Positions 37,787 to 47,492 of a stretch of 47,768 nt of DNA are shown here, in pieces. Where the stretch lies: positions 1 to 47,768 of the forward strand of contig JBEKSU010000002.1 in the NCBI GenBank assembly GCA_049516755.1, given 5' to 3'. The notes below the pieces were generated by a model that was not told the origin of the DNA, did not search any database, and saw only the letters and a list, made by a program, of their open reading frames with translations. Every line of letters starts with the position of its first letter. Position 1 is the first letter of the stretch. Source of the DNA: Verrucomicrobiota bacterium (GTDB lineage Bacteria; Verrucomicrobiota; Verrucomicrobiia; Limisphaerales; UBA11358). Both the position numbers and the translations under genes were made by a program.

Positions 37787-40700
37787 ATGAGTACCAGACC
37801 CAAACTGACTGTTGATGCCAACGAAGGCGTCGCCCACGTGGCGTATCGCCTCAATGAAGTGATGGCCATTTATCCCATCACGCCCTCCTCGCCAATGGCC
37901 GAATTTTGCGACCAATGGGCGTCCGAGAACCGCAAAAATCTCTGGGGCACCATTCCCTCGATCGTGGAGTTGCAGAGCGAGGGCGGCGCGGTGGGCAGCG
38001 TGCATGGCGCGTTGCAGACCGGCTCGCTGGCCACCACGTTCACGGCGTCCCAGGGCCTGCTGCTGATGATCCCCAACATGTTCAAGATCGCCGGCGAACT
38101 CCAGCCCGCCGTCTTCCATGTCACCGCCCGCGCCGTGGCCACCCACGCGCTTTCCATTTTCGGCGATCACAGCGACATCATGGCCTGCCGTACCACCGGC
38201 TGGGGCATGCTCGGCTCGGCCAGTGTGCAGGAAGCCTCGGATTTTGCCCTGATTTCGCAGGCGGCATCGTTGCGGTCGCGCATTCCCTTTGTGCATTTCT
38301 TCGACGGTTTCCGCACCTCGCATGAAGTCCAGAAAATCGAGTCGCTGACTGACGCCGACCTGCGGGCGTTGATTGACGACAAACTGGTTGCCGAGCATCG
38401 CGCGCGGGCGATGACGCCCAATCAACCGGTGCTGCGCGGCACGGCGCAAAATCCCGACGCCTTTTTCCAGGGCCGCGAGGCGTGCAACAAGTATTACGAC
38501 GCCTGCCCGCAAATCGTGCAGGACGCGATGGACCAATTCGCCAAGGTGGTGGGCCGCGCCTACAGGCTGTTCGATTACGTCGGCGCCCCGGATGCCGACC
38601 GCATTGTCGTGCTGATGGGTTCCGGTTGCGAAGCGGCGCACGAAGCCGTGGATTATCTCGTCAAAAAGGGCGAAAAAGTCGGCGTGCTGAAGGTCAGATT
38701 GTACCGGCCCTTTGACATCAACAAGTTTGTCGAGTCGTTGCCGGCGAGCGTAAAGTCCATAGCCGTGCTTGACCGTACCAAGGAGCCGGGTGGGGCGGGC
38801 GAGCCGCTTTATCAGGATGTCCTCACCGCGCTGATGGAAGGAATGGCTGCCGGTATCGGAAAATTGAAGGCGATGCCGAAGGTGGTCTGCGGTCGCTACG
38901 GTTTGTCATCGAAGGAATTCACGCCGGCGATGGTCAAGGCGGTGCTCGACAATCTCACCGCAAAACAGCCCAAGAACCATTTCACCGTCGGCATCACCGA
39001 CGACGTTTCCCGTACCAGCCTGACGGTGGACAGCGAGTTTTCGACCGAGCCGGACAATGTGATCCGGGCCATGTTCTACGGCCTGGGCGCCGACGGCACG
39101 GTGGGCGCGAACAAGAATTCCATCAAAATTATCGGCGAAGGCACGGACAATTACGCGCAGGGCTATTTCGTCTATGATTCCAAGAAATCCGGCAGCATGA
39201 CCGTGTCGCATCTGCGATTCGGGCCGGAGCCGATCCGTTCGACCTATCTCATCAGCCGCGCCAATTTCGTGGCCTGCCATCTGCCGACGTTCCTGGAACG
39301 CTACGACATGGTCAAACCGCTGACCACCGGCGGCACGTTCCTGCTCAACACGCCGCACTCGAAGGACGAGGCCTGGGCCAAGTTGCCGACGCCGGTGCAG
39401 GAAACACTCATCGCCCGGAAGGCGAAGTTTTACGTGATTGACGCGACCAAGGTCGCCCACAACAGCGGCATGGGCGGGCGCATCAACACCATCATGCAGG
39501 TCTGTTTCTTTGCATTGTCCGGCGTGCTGCCCCGTGACAAGGCCATCGAATCCATCAAGTATTCCATCAAGAAAACCTACGGCAAAAAGGGCGAGGAAGT
39601 CGTGGCCATGAATCTCAAGGCCGTGGACAACACGCTGGAACATCTGCACGAGGTGCCGGTGCCGAACCGGACGAATGGCGCGGGTCCGTTGCTGCCGCCG
39701 CTGGTGGCCGGTGCGCCGAAATTTGTGAATGACGTGCTGGGCAAAATCACCGCCGGCGAAGGCGACGACCTGCCCGTGAGCGCGTTTCCGGTGGACGGCA
39801 CGTTCCCGACCGCCACGGCGCAATATGAGAAGCGCAACCTCGCGCTGGACATCCCGGTCTGGGACGAGAAGGTTTGCATCCAATGCCTGAAATGCGTGGC
39901 CATCTGCCCGCACGCCACCATCCGCGCGAAAGTTTATGAACCGGCGGCGCTCAAGGGCATGCCGGGAACGTTCAAGAGCGTGGACTCCCGCGTCCCCGAC
40001 TTCAAAGGATTGAAATTCACGCTGCAGGTGGCCGCCGAGGATTGCACCGGCTGCGCGCTTTGCGTGGACGTCTGCCCGGCGAAGAACAAGACCGAGGCGA
40101 AACTCAAGGCCATCAACATGCGTCCACAGGCGCCCTTGCGCAATCCGGAGCGGGACAACTGGAATTTCTTCCTCGGCCTGCCCGAAATGGACCGGCGCAA
40201 GGTGAAGACCACCCAGCTCCGCCAGCAACAGCTCCTGCGCCCGCTCTTCGAATTCAGCGGCGCGTGCTCGGGTTGCGGCGAAACGCCTTACATCAAGATG
40301 GTGACGCAGCTTTTCGGCGACCGCGCCGTCATCGCCAACGCCACCGGCTGCTCCTCCATTTACGGCGGCAACCTGCCGACCACGCCTTATTGCGTGGACA
40401 AGGCCGGCCGCGGGCCGACGTGGTGCAATTCGCTGTTCGAGGACAACGCGGAGTTCGGCCTCGGTTTCCGCGTCTCGATTGACAAGCAAAAAGAATTCGC
40501 GACGGAACTGGTCAAGAAGCTCGCGCCCCAACTCGGCGACGAGCTGGTGACCGGCATCGTCAATGCCGTCCAGTCCGACGAAGCCGGGATTTACGAGCAA
40601 CGCGAGCGCGTGACAGCATTGAAGCAGAAACTCGCGAAGCTGGACGTTCCCGAGGCGAAACTGCTGCTGCCCATTGCCGACACGCTCGTCAAGCGCAGCG

Positions 40701-41407
40701 TCTGGATTTTTGGCGGCGACGGCTGGGCCTACGACATCGGCTACGGCGGCCTGGACCACGTGCTGGCCAGCGGACGCGACGTGAACGTGCTCGTCATGGA
40801 CACGGAAGTTTATTCCAACACGGGTGGCCAGATGTCCAAGAGCACCCCGCGCGGCGCGGTGGCAAAATTTGCCGCCGGCGGCAAACCGGCGGGCAAGAAA
40901 GACCTCGGCCTGATCGCCATGAGCTACGGCAACATCTACGTGGCCAGCATCGCGATGGGCGCGAAGGACGAACAATCGTTGCGCGCATTCGTCGAGGCCG
41001 AATCGTATCCCGGCCCGTCGCTCATCATCGCCTACAGCCATTGCATCGCCCACGGCATTGCCGTGGACATGGGCGTGGGCGCCCGCCAGCAGAAGCTCGC
41101 GGTGGAATCCGGCCAGTGGCTGCTCTATCGCTACGACCCGCGCCGGACCGAAGCCGGCGAGAATCCGCTGCAGCTGGATTCCGCGGCGGCGAAAACCAAA
41201 CTGCAGGATTACCTGCTCTCGGAAAACCGGTTCAAGATGCTCACCAAGAGCAAACCCGAAGACGCGAAGAAACTCTTCGTCCAGGCCCAGGCGGACGCTG
41301 ATCGCCGCTGGAAATTTTACCAGTTCATGTCCGGGCGCAATCTGAAAGCCGAGGGCGCTCCGGCGGCTCCGGCCAAACCGTCCGCCACGGTGGACCAACA
41401 ACCTTAA
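37787..41407 (+). CDS. nifJ: Pyruvate:ferredoxin/flavodoxin oxidoreductase (single-chain)
   Basis: YPITPSS, QSEGGA, YDSKKSG, CIQCLKC..CP, CTGCALC..CP, FSGACSGCGE, GGDGWAYDIG, EVYSNTGGQ. Confidence 0.97.
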   Translation: MSTRPKLTVDANEGVAHVAYRLNEVMAIYPITPSSPMAEFCDQWASENRKNLWGTIPSIVELQSEGGAVGSVHGALQTGSLATTFTASQGLLLMIPNMFKIAGELQPAVFHVTARAVATHALSIFGDHSDIMACRTTGWGMLGSASVQEASDFALISQAASLRSRIPFVHFFDGFRTSHEVQKIESLTDADLRALIDDKLVAEHRARAMTPNQPVLRGTAQNPDAFFQGREACNKYYDACPQIVQDAMDQFAKVVGRAYRLFDYVGAPDADRIVVLMGSGCEAAHEAVDYLVKKGEKVGVLKVRLYRPFDINKFVESLPASVKSIAVLDRTKEPGGAGEPLYQDVLTALMEGMAAGIGKLKAMPKVVCGRYGLSSKEFTPAMVKAVLDNLTAKQPKNHFTVGITDDVSRTSLTVDSEFSTEPDNVIRAMFYGLGADGTVGANKNSIKIIGEGTDNYAQGYFVYDSKKSGSMTVSHLRFGPEPIRSTYLISRANFVACHLPTFLERYDMVKPLTTGGTFLLNTPHSKDEAWAKLPTPVQETLIARKAKFYVIDATKVAHNSGMGGRINTIMQVCFFALSGVLPRDKAIESIKYSIKKTYGKKGEEVVAMNLKAVDNTLEHLHEVPVPNRTNGAGPLLPPLVAGAPKFVNDVLGKITAGEGDDLPVSAFPVDGTFPTATAQYEKRNLALDIPVWDEKVCIQCLKCVAICPHATIRAKVYEPAALKGMPGTFKSVDSRVPDFKGLKFTLQVAAEDCTGCALCVDVCPAKNKTEAKLKAINMRPQAPLRNPERDNWNFFLGLPEMDRRKVKTTQLRQQQLLRPLFEFSGACSGCGETPYIKMVTQLFGDRAVIANATGCSSIYGGNLPTTPYCVDKAGRGPTWCNSLFEDNAEFGLGFRVSIDKQKEFATELVKKLAPQLGDELVTGIVNAVQSDEAGIYEQRERVTALKQKLAKLDVPEAKLLLPIADTLVKRSVWIFGGDGWAYDIGYGGLDHVLASGRDVNVLVMDTEVYSNTGGQMSKSTPRGAVAKFAAGGKPAGKKDLGLIAMSYGNIYVASIAMGAKDEQSLRAFVEAESYPGPSLIIAYSHCIAHGIAVDMGVGARQQKLAVESGQWLLYRYDPRRTEAGENPLQLDSAAAKTKLQDYLLSENRFKMLTKSKPEDAKKLFVQAQADADRRWKFYQFMSGRNLKAEGAPAAPAKPSATVDQQP

Positions 41408-41419
41408 CAAAAATGAAAA

Positions 41420-41488
41420 CGTGATGCGTGAAACGTGAAATGCCTTCGGCGGTCGCAGGCGGTCACGTTTTACGTTTCACGCATCACG
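41420..41488. repeat. Inverted pair of heptamer repeats (CGTGAWR)
   Basis: cgtgatg cgtgaaa cgtgaaa ... ttttacg tttcacg catcacg; 20/21 complementary. Confidence 0.85.
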
Positions 41489-41497
41489 CCAATACCT

Positions 41498-42493
41498 ATG
41501 GACCTGACCACGACCTATCTTGGATTGAAACTGCGCACGCCGCTGGTGCCGTCGGCCTCGCCGCTATCGGAGGAAATTGACAATATCAAACAAATGGAAG
41601 ACGCCGGCGCGTCGGCGGTGGTGCTTTATTCCCTGTTCGAGGAGCAATTGCGCCAGGACCGCCTGGAACTGCACCATCACATGGAAAGCGGCACGTTCAG
41701 CTTCCCGGAGGCGCTGACGTATTTTCCGGAGCCGGAGGAATATCATCTCGGGCCGGAGGAATATCTCAAACACATTGCCGCCGCGAAAAAATCCGTGAAA
41801 ATTCCCATCATCGCGAGTTTGAACGGCTCGTCGCCCGGCGGCTGGACGCAATATGCCAAACTGGTGCAGCAGGCGGGCGCCGATGCGCTGGAGTTGAACA
41901 TCTATTACATCCCCACCAACATGAACCTGCCTGCCGGCGAGGTCGAGCAGACCTATTTTGACATCCTCAAGTCCGTGAAATCAGAAATCTCGATTCCGGT
42001 GGCGGTGAAGCTCAGCCCGTTCTTCACCAACTTTGCCAACATGGCCAAGCGGCTGAACGACGCCGGGGCGGATGGATTGGTGCTGTTCAACCGGTTTTAT
42101 CAGCCGGACATTGATCTGGACTCGCTGGAAGTCAAACCCAACATTTTGTTGAGCACGCCGATGGCCATGCGCGTTCCCTTGCGCTGGATTGCCATCCTTT
42201 GCGGCCGGCTCAAATGCAGCCTGGCGGCCACCAGCGGCATCCATCGCGCGTCCGACGTTTTGAAAATGCTCATGGCCGGCGCCGACGTGACCATGCTCTG
42301 CTCCACGCTCATCCGGCACGGCGTCGGGCATGTCAAAGTCCTTGAAAAGGAGCTCGTTGCCTGGATGGAGGAGCACGAATACGAATCCGTCACGCAACTC
42401 AAGGGCAGCCTGAGCCAGAAAAACTGCCCCGCGCCCAGCGCCTTCGAGCGCGCGCAATATATGCGCGCCATCTCGAACTATCCCGTGTCGTAG
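41498..42493 (+). CDS. Dihydroorotate-dehydrogenase-like FMN protein (PFOR-associated family)
   Basis: YLGLKL..PL..SASP, SLFEEQ, ELNIY, VKLSP, LFNRFYQPD, FERAQY; start ATG 41498. Confidence 0.88.
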   Translation: MDLTTTYLGLKLRTPLVPSASPLSEEIDNIKQMEDAGASAVVLYSLFEEQLRQDRLELHHHMESGTFSFPEALTYFPEPEEYHLGPEEYLKHIAAAKKSVKIPIIASLNGSSPGGWTQYAKLVQQAGADALELNIYYIPTNMNLPAGEVEQTYFDILKSVKSEISIPVAVKLSPFFTNFANMAKRLNDAGADGLVLFNRFYQPDIDLDSLEVKPNILLSTPMAMRVPLRWIAILCGRLKCSLAATSGIHRASDVLKMLMAGADVTMLCSTLIRHGVGHVKVLEKELVAWMEEHEYESVTQLKGSLSQKNCPAPSAFERAQYMRAISNYPVS

Positions 42494-42745
42494 GCGGATT
42501 TTTCCACCGCCCGCGCCGCCAAACCGTAAAACGTCAGGGCGCGCCATGCCGTGCGCGCCCACATATTTAAACCGCCAAGTTGCCAAGAACGCCAGGATTT
42601 TTTGGTCCACAGATTCCGCAGCCTGGCCGCCATATCCCTTCCCCCTTTTAGCCTCAGCGAGGGAGGATTGGCGATGGCGGAATGAACGCAAATTTTGCGC
42701 CTTTTGTGCCTTTTAGCGGCAGAAGAAATTTGGCAGGACGCGGTC

Positions 42746-43642
42746 TTAAAACACTTCCGCCCTGAGGCCGGAAATGTGGCGCACGGTTTGCGCGATGTGG
42801 GAAAGCGTTTTCAATGGCAGGTGTCCGCAATCCGCGTGAAACATCGGCCGCGTGGCGGAGTAAATCTGCACGAGGGGAATGTCCGCGCCTGCCGCCTTCA
42901 ATTCCTTGAGCCGATGCGCGTATTCCTCGATTTCCCTGGGCCGCGGCTCTTCGCCGTTGATGGCCGGGAACAGGCTTTGGATGATGACCGGCCGCTGGCG
43001 GGCCACCAGCAGGATGTTGGCCAGCACTTTCTCCAGCGGCACGCCCGACCGGTCCACCTGGTTGAATAATTCCTGCGTGCCGCCGTCAAGCTTCGCCCAG
43101 ATTTCGTCGGACTTGGTGAAATGTTTCAATCCCTGCTGCACCTGGGGCCGGTCCAGCCCGGTGGTATTTGTGATCAGCACGATTTTGAAGAACGGAAATT
43201 CGCCCAGCGCCCGGATATGCACGATGGACTCAACGGCCTCGGCAAAATTCGGCGCCAGGGTCGGTTCGCCGTCACCGCTCAACGCCACGTGGCGCAGCGT
43301 GAACAATTCCTCCGGCAGACCGGAATACGACGGGCGTTCGTGCAATTTTCCCGCCAGCACGAACGTGAGCGTTTTGTGCAGCTCGGTGGCCATCGCGCCC
43401 ACGTCCAGCTTCGACTCGCGCGGCGGGGTCCGGCGATCCACCTCGCAATAGAGACAGTTGAAATTGCACAGCTTGTCCGGGCTCAGGTTCACGCCCAGCG
43501 ACAAGCCATGGGCGCGGGCCGAAATCACCGCATATACAAATCGGTTGTTGAGGAAATCGCGTGGGCAGCCAAAGGCCGTCTCCGGAATCGCAGGGCGTTC
43601 TTTCCCGTTCCCGTTGAATGATCTGGTGATGGTCGAGTTCAA
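42746..43642 (-). CDS. Radical SAM protein, function unknown
   Basis: CNFNCLYC, SGDGEPT, LITN, KLDGG. Confidence 0.88.
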   Translation of the reverse strand: MNSTITRSFNGNGKERPAIPETAFGCPRDFLNNRFVYAVISARAHGLSLGVNLSPDKLCNFNCLYCEVDRRTPPRESKLDVGAMATELHKTLTFVLAGKLHERPSYSGLPEELFTLRHVALSGDGEPTLAPNFAEAVESIVHIRALGEFPFFKIVLITNTTGLDRPQVQQGLKHFTKSDEIWAKLDGGTQELFNQVDRSGVPLEKVLANILLVARQRPVIIQSLFPAINGEEPRPREIEEYAHRLKELKAAGADIPLVQIYSATRPMFHADCGHLPLKTLSHIAQTVRHISGLRAEVF

Positions 43643-43822
43643 GTGTTTTGACAGGCTGCTACCACAATTCTCACCGGCACGTTAAACCGGCGGCGGACCC
43701 GTCACTACACGACTCTTGGCAAAATGCCCACATTCCTTGGCCGGGGGGTCGGACCGGGGATGGACCAGCTTAAAAACCCCCTGTATTCATGGGGGAAATC
43801 CGGCTAATCAGCCCCGGCCTGG

Positions 43823-44590
43823 TCAGGTGTGGCGCAGCTTGCTGCCCCGGGTGGAATCCAGCGCCGTGAGGGTGCGCTGGTAAATTTCCTCCGGCGTGCC
43901 CTCGGCCTCGATGGTCACCAGCAGGCCGCGTTGCTGGTAATAATCCGTCAACGGTCGGGTGCTTTTTTCATAGACCTCCATGCGCACGCGGACGGCCTCG
44001 GGCCGGTCATCCTCGCGCTGCTGGAGTTTCGTCCCGCAATTGTCGCAAACGCCTTCCACGCGTGGCGGACGCCCGGTCACGTGGAAAACCGCCTTGCACT
44101 TCGGACAGGTGCGCCGGCCGCTCAGGCGCGCGACCACCTTTTCGATGGGCATTTCGTAATTCAACACGGCGTCGAGCGGGATATGTTCCTGCGCCAGGAT
44201 TTTGGCAAAAGCCTCCGCCTGCGCCACCGTGCGCGGAAAACCATCGAGCAGAAACCCACCGGGGCAGCGGAGGCAGGAGACGCGTTCGCGGACGAGGTCG
44301 AGCACGGTCTGGTCGGGGACCAGGTCGCCGCGTTTCATGTAGCCCAGCGCGGCTTCCAGCGCCGGGCTGCGTTCGCTCTCGGCGAGGCTTTTGGCGGCGC
44401 GGAAGATGTCGCCGGTGGAAAGGTGGCAGGTGCCCAGCCGTTCGCAAAGCAGTTCGGCCTGGGTGCCCTTGCCCACGCCCGGCGCCCCGAGGAGCACCAG
44501 ACGAAAAAGTCGCGGTGGCGACGACGGGAGAGGTTCACACTTTGCCACACCGCCGTGAATCCAGGCTGTTCGAGTTTGTTGTACGCTCAT
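43823..44590 (-). CDS. adk: Adenylate kinase (long, Zn-type LID)
   Basis: GAPGVGKGTQ, HLSTGDIFR, GFLLDGFPR, CPKC..CDNC LID, QREDD. Confidence 0.95.
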   Translation of the reverse strand: MSVQQTRTAWIHGGVAKCEPLPSSPPRLFRLVLLGAPGVGKGTQAELLCERLGTCHLSTGDIFRAAKSLAESERSPALEAALGYMKRGDLVPDQTVLDLVRERVSCLRCPGGFLLDGFPRTVAQAEAFAKILAQEHIPLDAVLNYEMPIEKVVARLSGRRTCPKCKAVFHVTGRPPRVEGVCDNCGTKLQQREDDRPEAVRVRMEVYEKSTRPLTDYYQQRGLLVTIEAEGTPEEIYQRTLTALDSTRGSKLRHT

Positions 44591-44977
44591 ATCATTTCCA
44601 TGGAAAACCTAATTCCAACACCCGGACAACATGTTGTTAAGACCATGCTGATTCAAGGGTAATTTGAAACCAAGCCAATAATTACACTGTCTTTGCCAAA
44701 AATGGGTGAAGGTGGCCGGGAAATGGCTTCGCCGGGGAAATCCGGCCGCCCAGTCGGAAAACCGCGGCGGTGTGGCGCGCACAAAATTTAATGCAATAAT
44801 GCCAAACTTTTCTTTTCAGCCGGGTGGCGGGTCGGGTATAAAATGGCGCATGCAAACCATCGGCGCCCGTCTCCGGCGGGCTTTCGCAAAATTGCATCCG
44901 GCTTCCATCCGGCCGCACTCCTTTGAGTCGCGGACGGTTGCGGTTTCCACTGTTTCCCAATCAAAAGAAATTCCTCT

Positions 44978-47071
44978 ATGAAAAATTACGCTCCCGCAGA
45001 CATCCGTAACTTCGCCGTCGTCGGTCACGCCTCGTCCGGCAAGACGATGCTCTGCGAGGCCATGCTCGCCTGCGGCGGCGTCATCAACCGCATGGGCCGC
45101 ATCGCCGACGGCTCCACCGTGTCCGATTATCACGTCAGCGAAAAAAACCGGCAGATTTCAGTCTCGGCGTCGCTGTTGCATACGGAGTGGGCGGGCAAGA
45201 AGCTCAACATCATTGACACCCCCGGTTACCTCGACTTCATCAGCGAAGGACTGGGCGCGCTGCGCGTCGGCGATTTCGCGCTGGTGGTGGTTCACGCGCA
45301 ACACGGCCTCGGCGTCGGCACTGACCGGGTGTGGGATTACGCGACCCGCTACGGCATCCCGAAAATGATCGTGGTGAACGGGGTGGACAAGGAGAACGTG
45401 GATTTCGACGCGGTGGTGAAACAGGTGCAGGAGCGGTTTGGCCGGCATGTCTTCCCGTTGAGCGTGCCGGTGAATCCCGGCCCCGGTTTCAACCGTGCTC
45501 TGGACGTGTTGCGCAACGAGGTCGTGACCTACGCGACCGATTCCAGCGGCAAATTCAAGGAAGAGGCGGCCACCGGTGAACTGGAGACCCAGGTCAAGGA
45601 ATTGCACCGCCAGTTGATCGAGCACATCGCCGAGTCCGACGACGAGTTGATGAACAAGTTTTTCGAGAAGGGCAGCTTGACCGAGGAGGAGTTCCGCGCC
45701 GGCATCCACGCGGCGGTGCAAAAGGAATCGTTCATCCCGTTGTTTTGCACCTCGGCGGAAAACAACATCGGCGTCGCCCGGGTGATGGATTTCATCGCCA
45801 AATACGGCTCGTCGCCCGTGGACCGCAAGAAGGTCAAGGCGGTCAATGCCAACGACGCGGAGGTGGAGGTGGGTTTGGAGGATCCCGAACCGGTGCTTTA
45901 CATTTTTAAGACGATGTCCGAGGCGCATTTCGGCGAGTTGTCGTTCTTCCGCGTCTATTCGGGGTCGGTTTCCACTGGCATGGACTTGTACAACAGCGAC
46001 CGCAAAACCAACGAGCGCGTCGGGCAGATTTACCTGCTCAACGGCCAGACCCGCGAAGCGGTCAACACCCTCGGCGCCGGCGACATCGCCGCCGCCGTCA
46101 AACTCAAGGACACGCACACTGGCAACACGCTGTGCCACGCGAAAAAGGCCGTGACCCTGCCGAAAGTGGTTTATCCCAAGCCCAACATTCACGCGTCGCT
46201 GGTCGCCAAGGTGAAGGGCGAGGAGGACAAAATCGCCTCCGGCCTTGCTGCATTGCACAATGAAGACCCGACGTTCCTTTACGTCGTGGACGCGGAATTG
46301 CACCAGACCGTCATCTCCGCGCAGGGCGAATTGCATCTGGAGGTCGTGGCCGACCGGTTGCGCCGCCGGTACAACGTCCACGTGGAACTGGCCGAACCGC
46401 GCGTGCGGTACCGGGAAACCATCCGGGGCAAGGGCGACTCGAAATACCGCCACAAGAAGCAGACCGGCGGTTCCGGGCAGTTCGCCGAGGTCTGGATGCG
46501 CATCGAGCCCAAACCGCGCGACTCGGGTCTGGAGTTCACCAATTCGCTGGTTGGCCAGAACGTGGACCGCACCTTTGTGCCGTCCGTCGAGAAGGGCGTC
46601 AACCAAGCCTGCACCGAGGGCATCCTCGCGGGCTGCCGCGTCACCGATGTGAAGGTTGACTTTTACGACGGCAAGATGCACCCTGTGGATTCCAAGGACA
46701 TCGCTTTTCAGATCGCCGGTTATTTTGCCTTCAAAGAGGCGTTCACAGCCGCCAAGCCGTGCCTGCTGGAGCCGATCAACAACGTCGAAATCCAGATTCC
46801 GGAAGATTGCATGGGCAAGGTGATGGGCGATCTGTCATCCCGGCGCGGCCGGATCCAAGGCATCGAAGCCGACGGCGGGTTCCAGGTCATCAAGGCCCAG
46901 GTTCCGGCCAAGGAACTGTACCACTATTCCAGCACCCTGCGTTCACTGACCGGCGGGCGCGGCGTGCATAGCGAGGATTTCAGCCATTACGAGGAAATGC
47001 CGCGCGATGCGGCGGAAAAAGTGGTGGAAGAGGTGAAGAAAAAGAAAGCCGCCGTCACCGAATCGCACTAA
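44978..47071 (+). CDS. Elongation factor G paralog (EF-G2-like)
   Basis: full five-domain length; G1 GHASSGKT, G3 DTPGY, G4 NGVD; EDPT, GELHL, KKQTGG.GQF, LRSLTGGRG; not in an rpsL-rpsG operon. Confidence 0.9.
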   Translation: MKNYAPADIRNFAVVGHASSGKTMLCEAMLACGGVINRMGRIADGSTVSDYHVSEKNRQISVSASLLHTEWAGKKLNIIDTPGYLDFISEGLGALRVGDFALVVVHAQHGLGVGTDRVWDYATRYGIPKMIVVNGVDKENVDFDAVVKQVQERFGRHVFPLSVPVNPGPGFNRALDVLRNEVVTYATDSSGKFKEEAATGELETQVKELHRQLIEHIAESDDELMNKFFEKGSLTEEEFRAGIHAAVQKESFIPLFCTSAENNIGVARVMDFIAKYGSSPVDRKKVKAVNANDAEVEVGLEDPEPVLYIFKTMSEAHFGELSFFRVYSGSVSTGMDLYNSDRKTNERVGQIYLLNGQTREAVNTLGAGDIAAAVKLKDTHTGNTLCHAKKAVTLPKVVYPKPNIHASLVAKVKGEEDKIASGLAALHNEDPTFLYVVDAELHQTVISAQGELHLEVVADRLRRRYNVHVELAEPRVRYRETIRGKGDSKYRHKKQTGGSGQFAEVWMRIEPKPRDSGLEFTNSLVGQNVDRTFVPSVEKGVNQACTEGILAGCRVTDVKVDFYDGKMHPVDSKDIAFQIAGYFAFKEAFTAAKPCLLEPINNVEIQIPEDCMGKVMGDLSSRRGRIQGIEADGGFQVIKAQVPAKELYHYSSTLRSLTGGRGVHSEDFSHYEEMPRDAAEKVVEEVKKKKAAVTESH

Positions 47072-47116
47072 AGCAACCGGCGTTGACGGCGCGGCTGCGC
47101 CGGCAAAAAACAACTC

Positions 47117-47368
47117 TCAGTGGGCCGCGACCGTGGCGCGGCTGACTGCGGAATAGAGGACGTCCTTGAGCTTGGCGCGCTTGAATTTGAGTTCGTCAAT
47201 TTCCTGATCGGTGGCGAACTCAACTTCTTCCTCGATGCGGCAAATGGCGTCGTCCAAGGTGTGATATTCCTCAAACTTTTGGCGGAATTGGTTGTCGCTC
47301 AGGCGCAGATGCCGGACGGTTTCGCGATGTTCGGGGAATTCACTTAGAAACGGGTGATGTATGTCCAT
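47117..47368 (-). CDS. DUF465/YdcH family small protein
   Basis: EFPE..L...D..F....EY..LD..I..IE..LK..R..LKD pattern; 83 aa. Confidence 0.85.
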   Translation of the reverse strand: MDIHHPFLSEFPEHRETVRHLRLSDNQFRQKFEEYHTLDDAICRIEEEVEFATDQEIDELKFKRAKLKDVLYSAVSRATVAAH

Positions 47369-47413
47369 AGACTGGTCGTTTTAAGTTTGACAGTTTACTG
47401 ACCACTGCGTTTG

Positions 47414-47441
47414 AACTTAGTGGATATTTTTTTACTGTCAA
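47414..47441 (-). promoter_or_regulatory. Candidate sigma-70 promoter for the DUF465 gene
   Basis: TTGACA-N16-TAAGTT about 45 nt upstream of the ATG. Confidence 0.4.
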
Positions 47442-47492
47442 GCGCCCGTCCGAATATTCGGCAAATTTTTTTCACAAGTTGTTCACAATTGA

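Noticed and set aside
41435-42493. pyrD assignment and GTG start at 41435
   Set aside because: Catalytic loop absent; the extension merely translates the repeat hairpin
47468-47487. Two DnaA-box-like 9-mers (TTTTTCACA, TTGTTCACA)
   Set aside because: Only two, one imperfect, and no origin context
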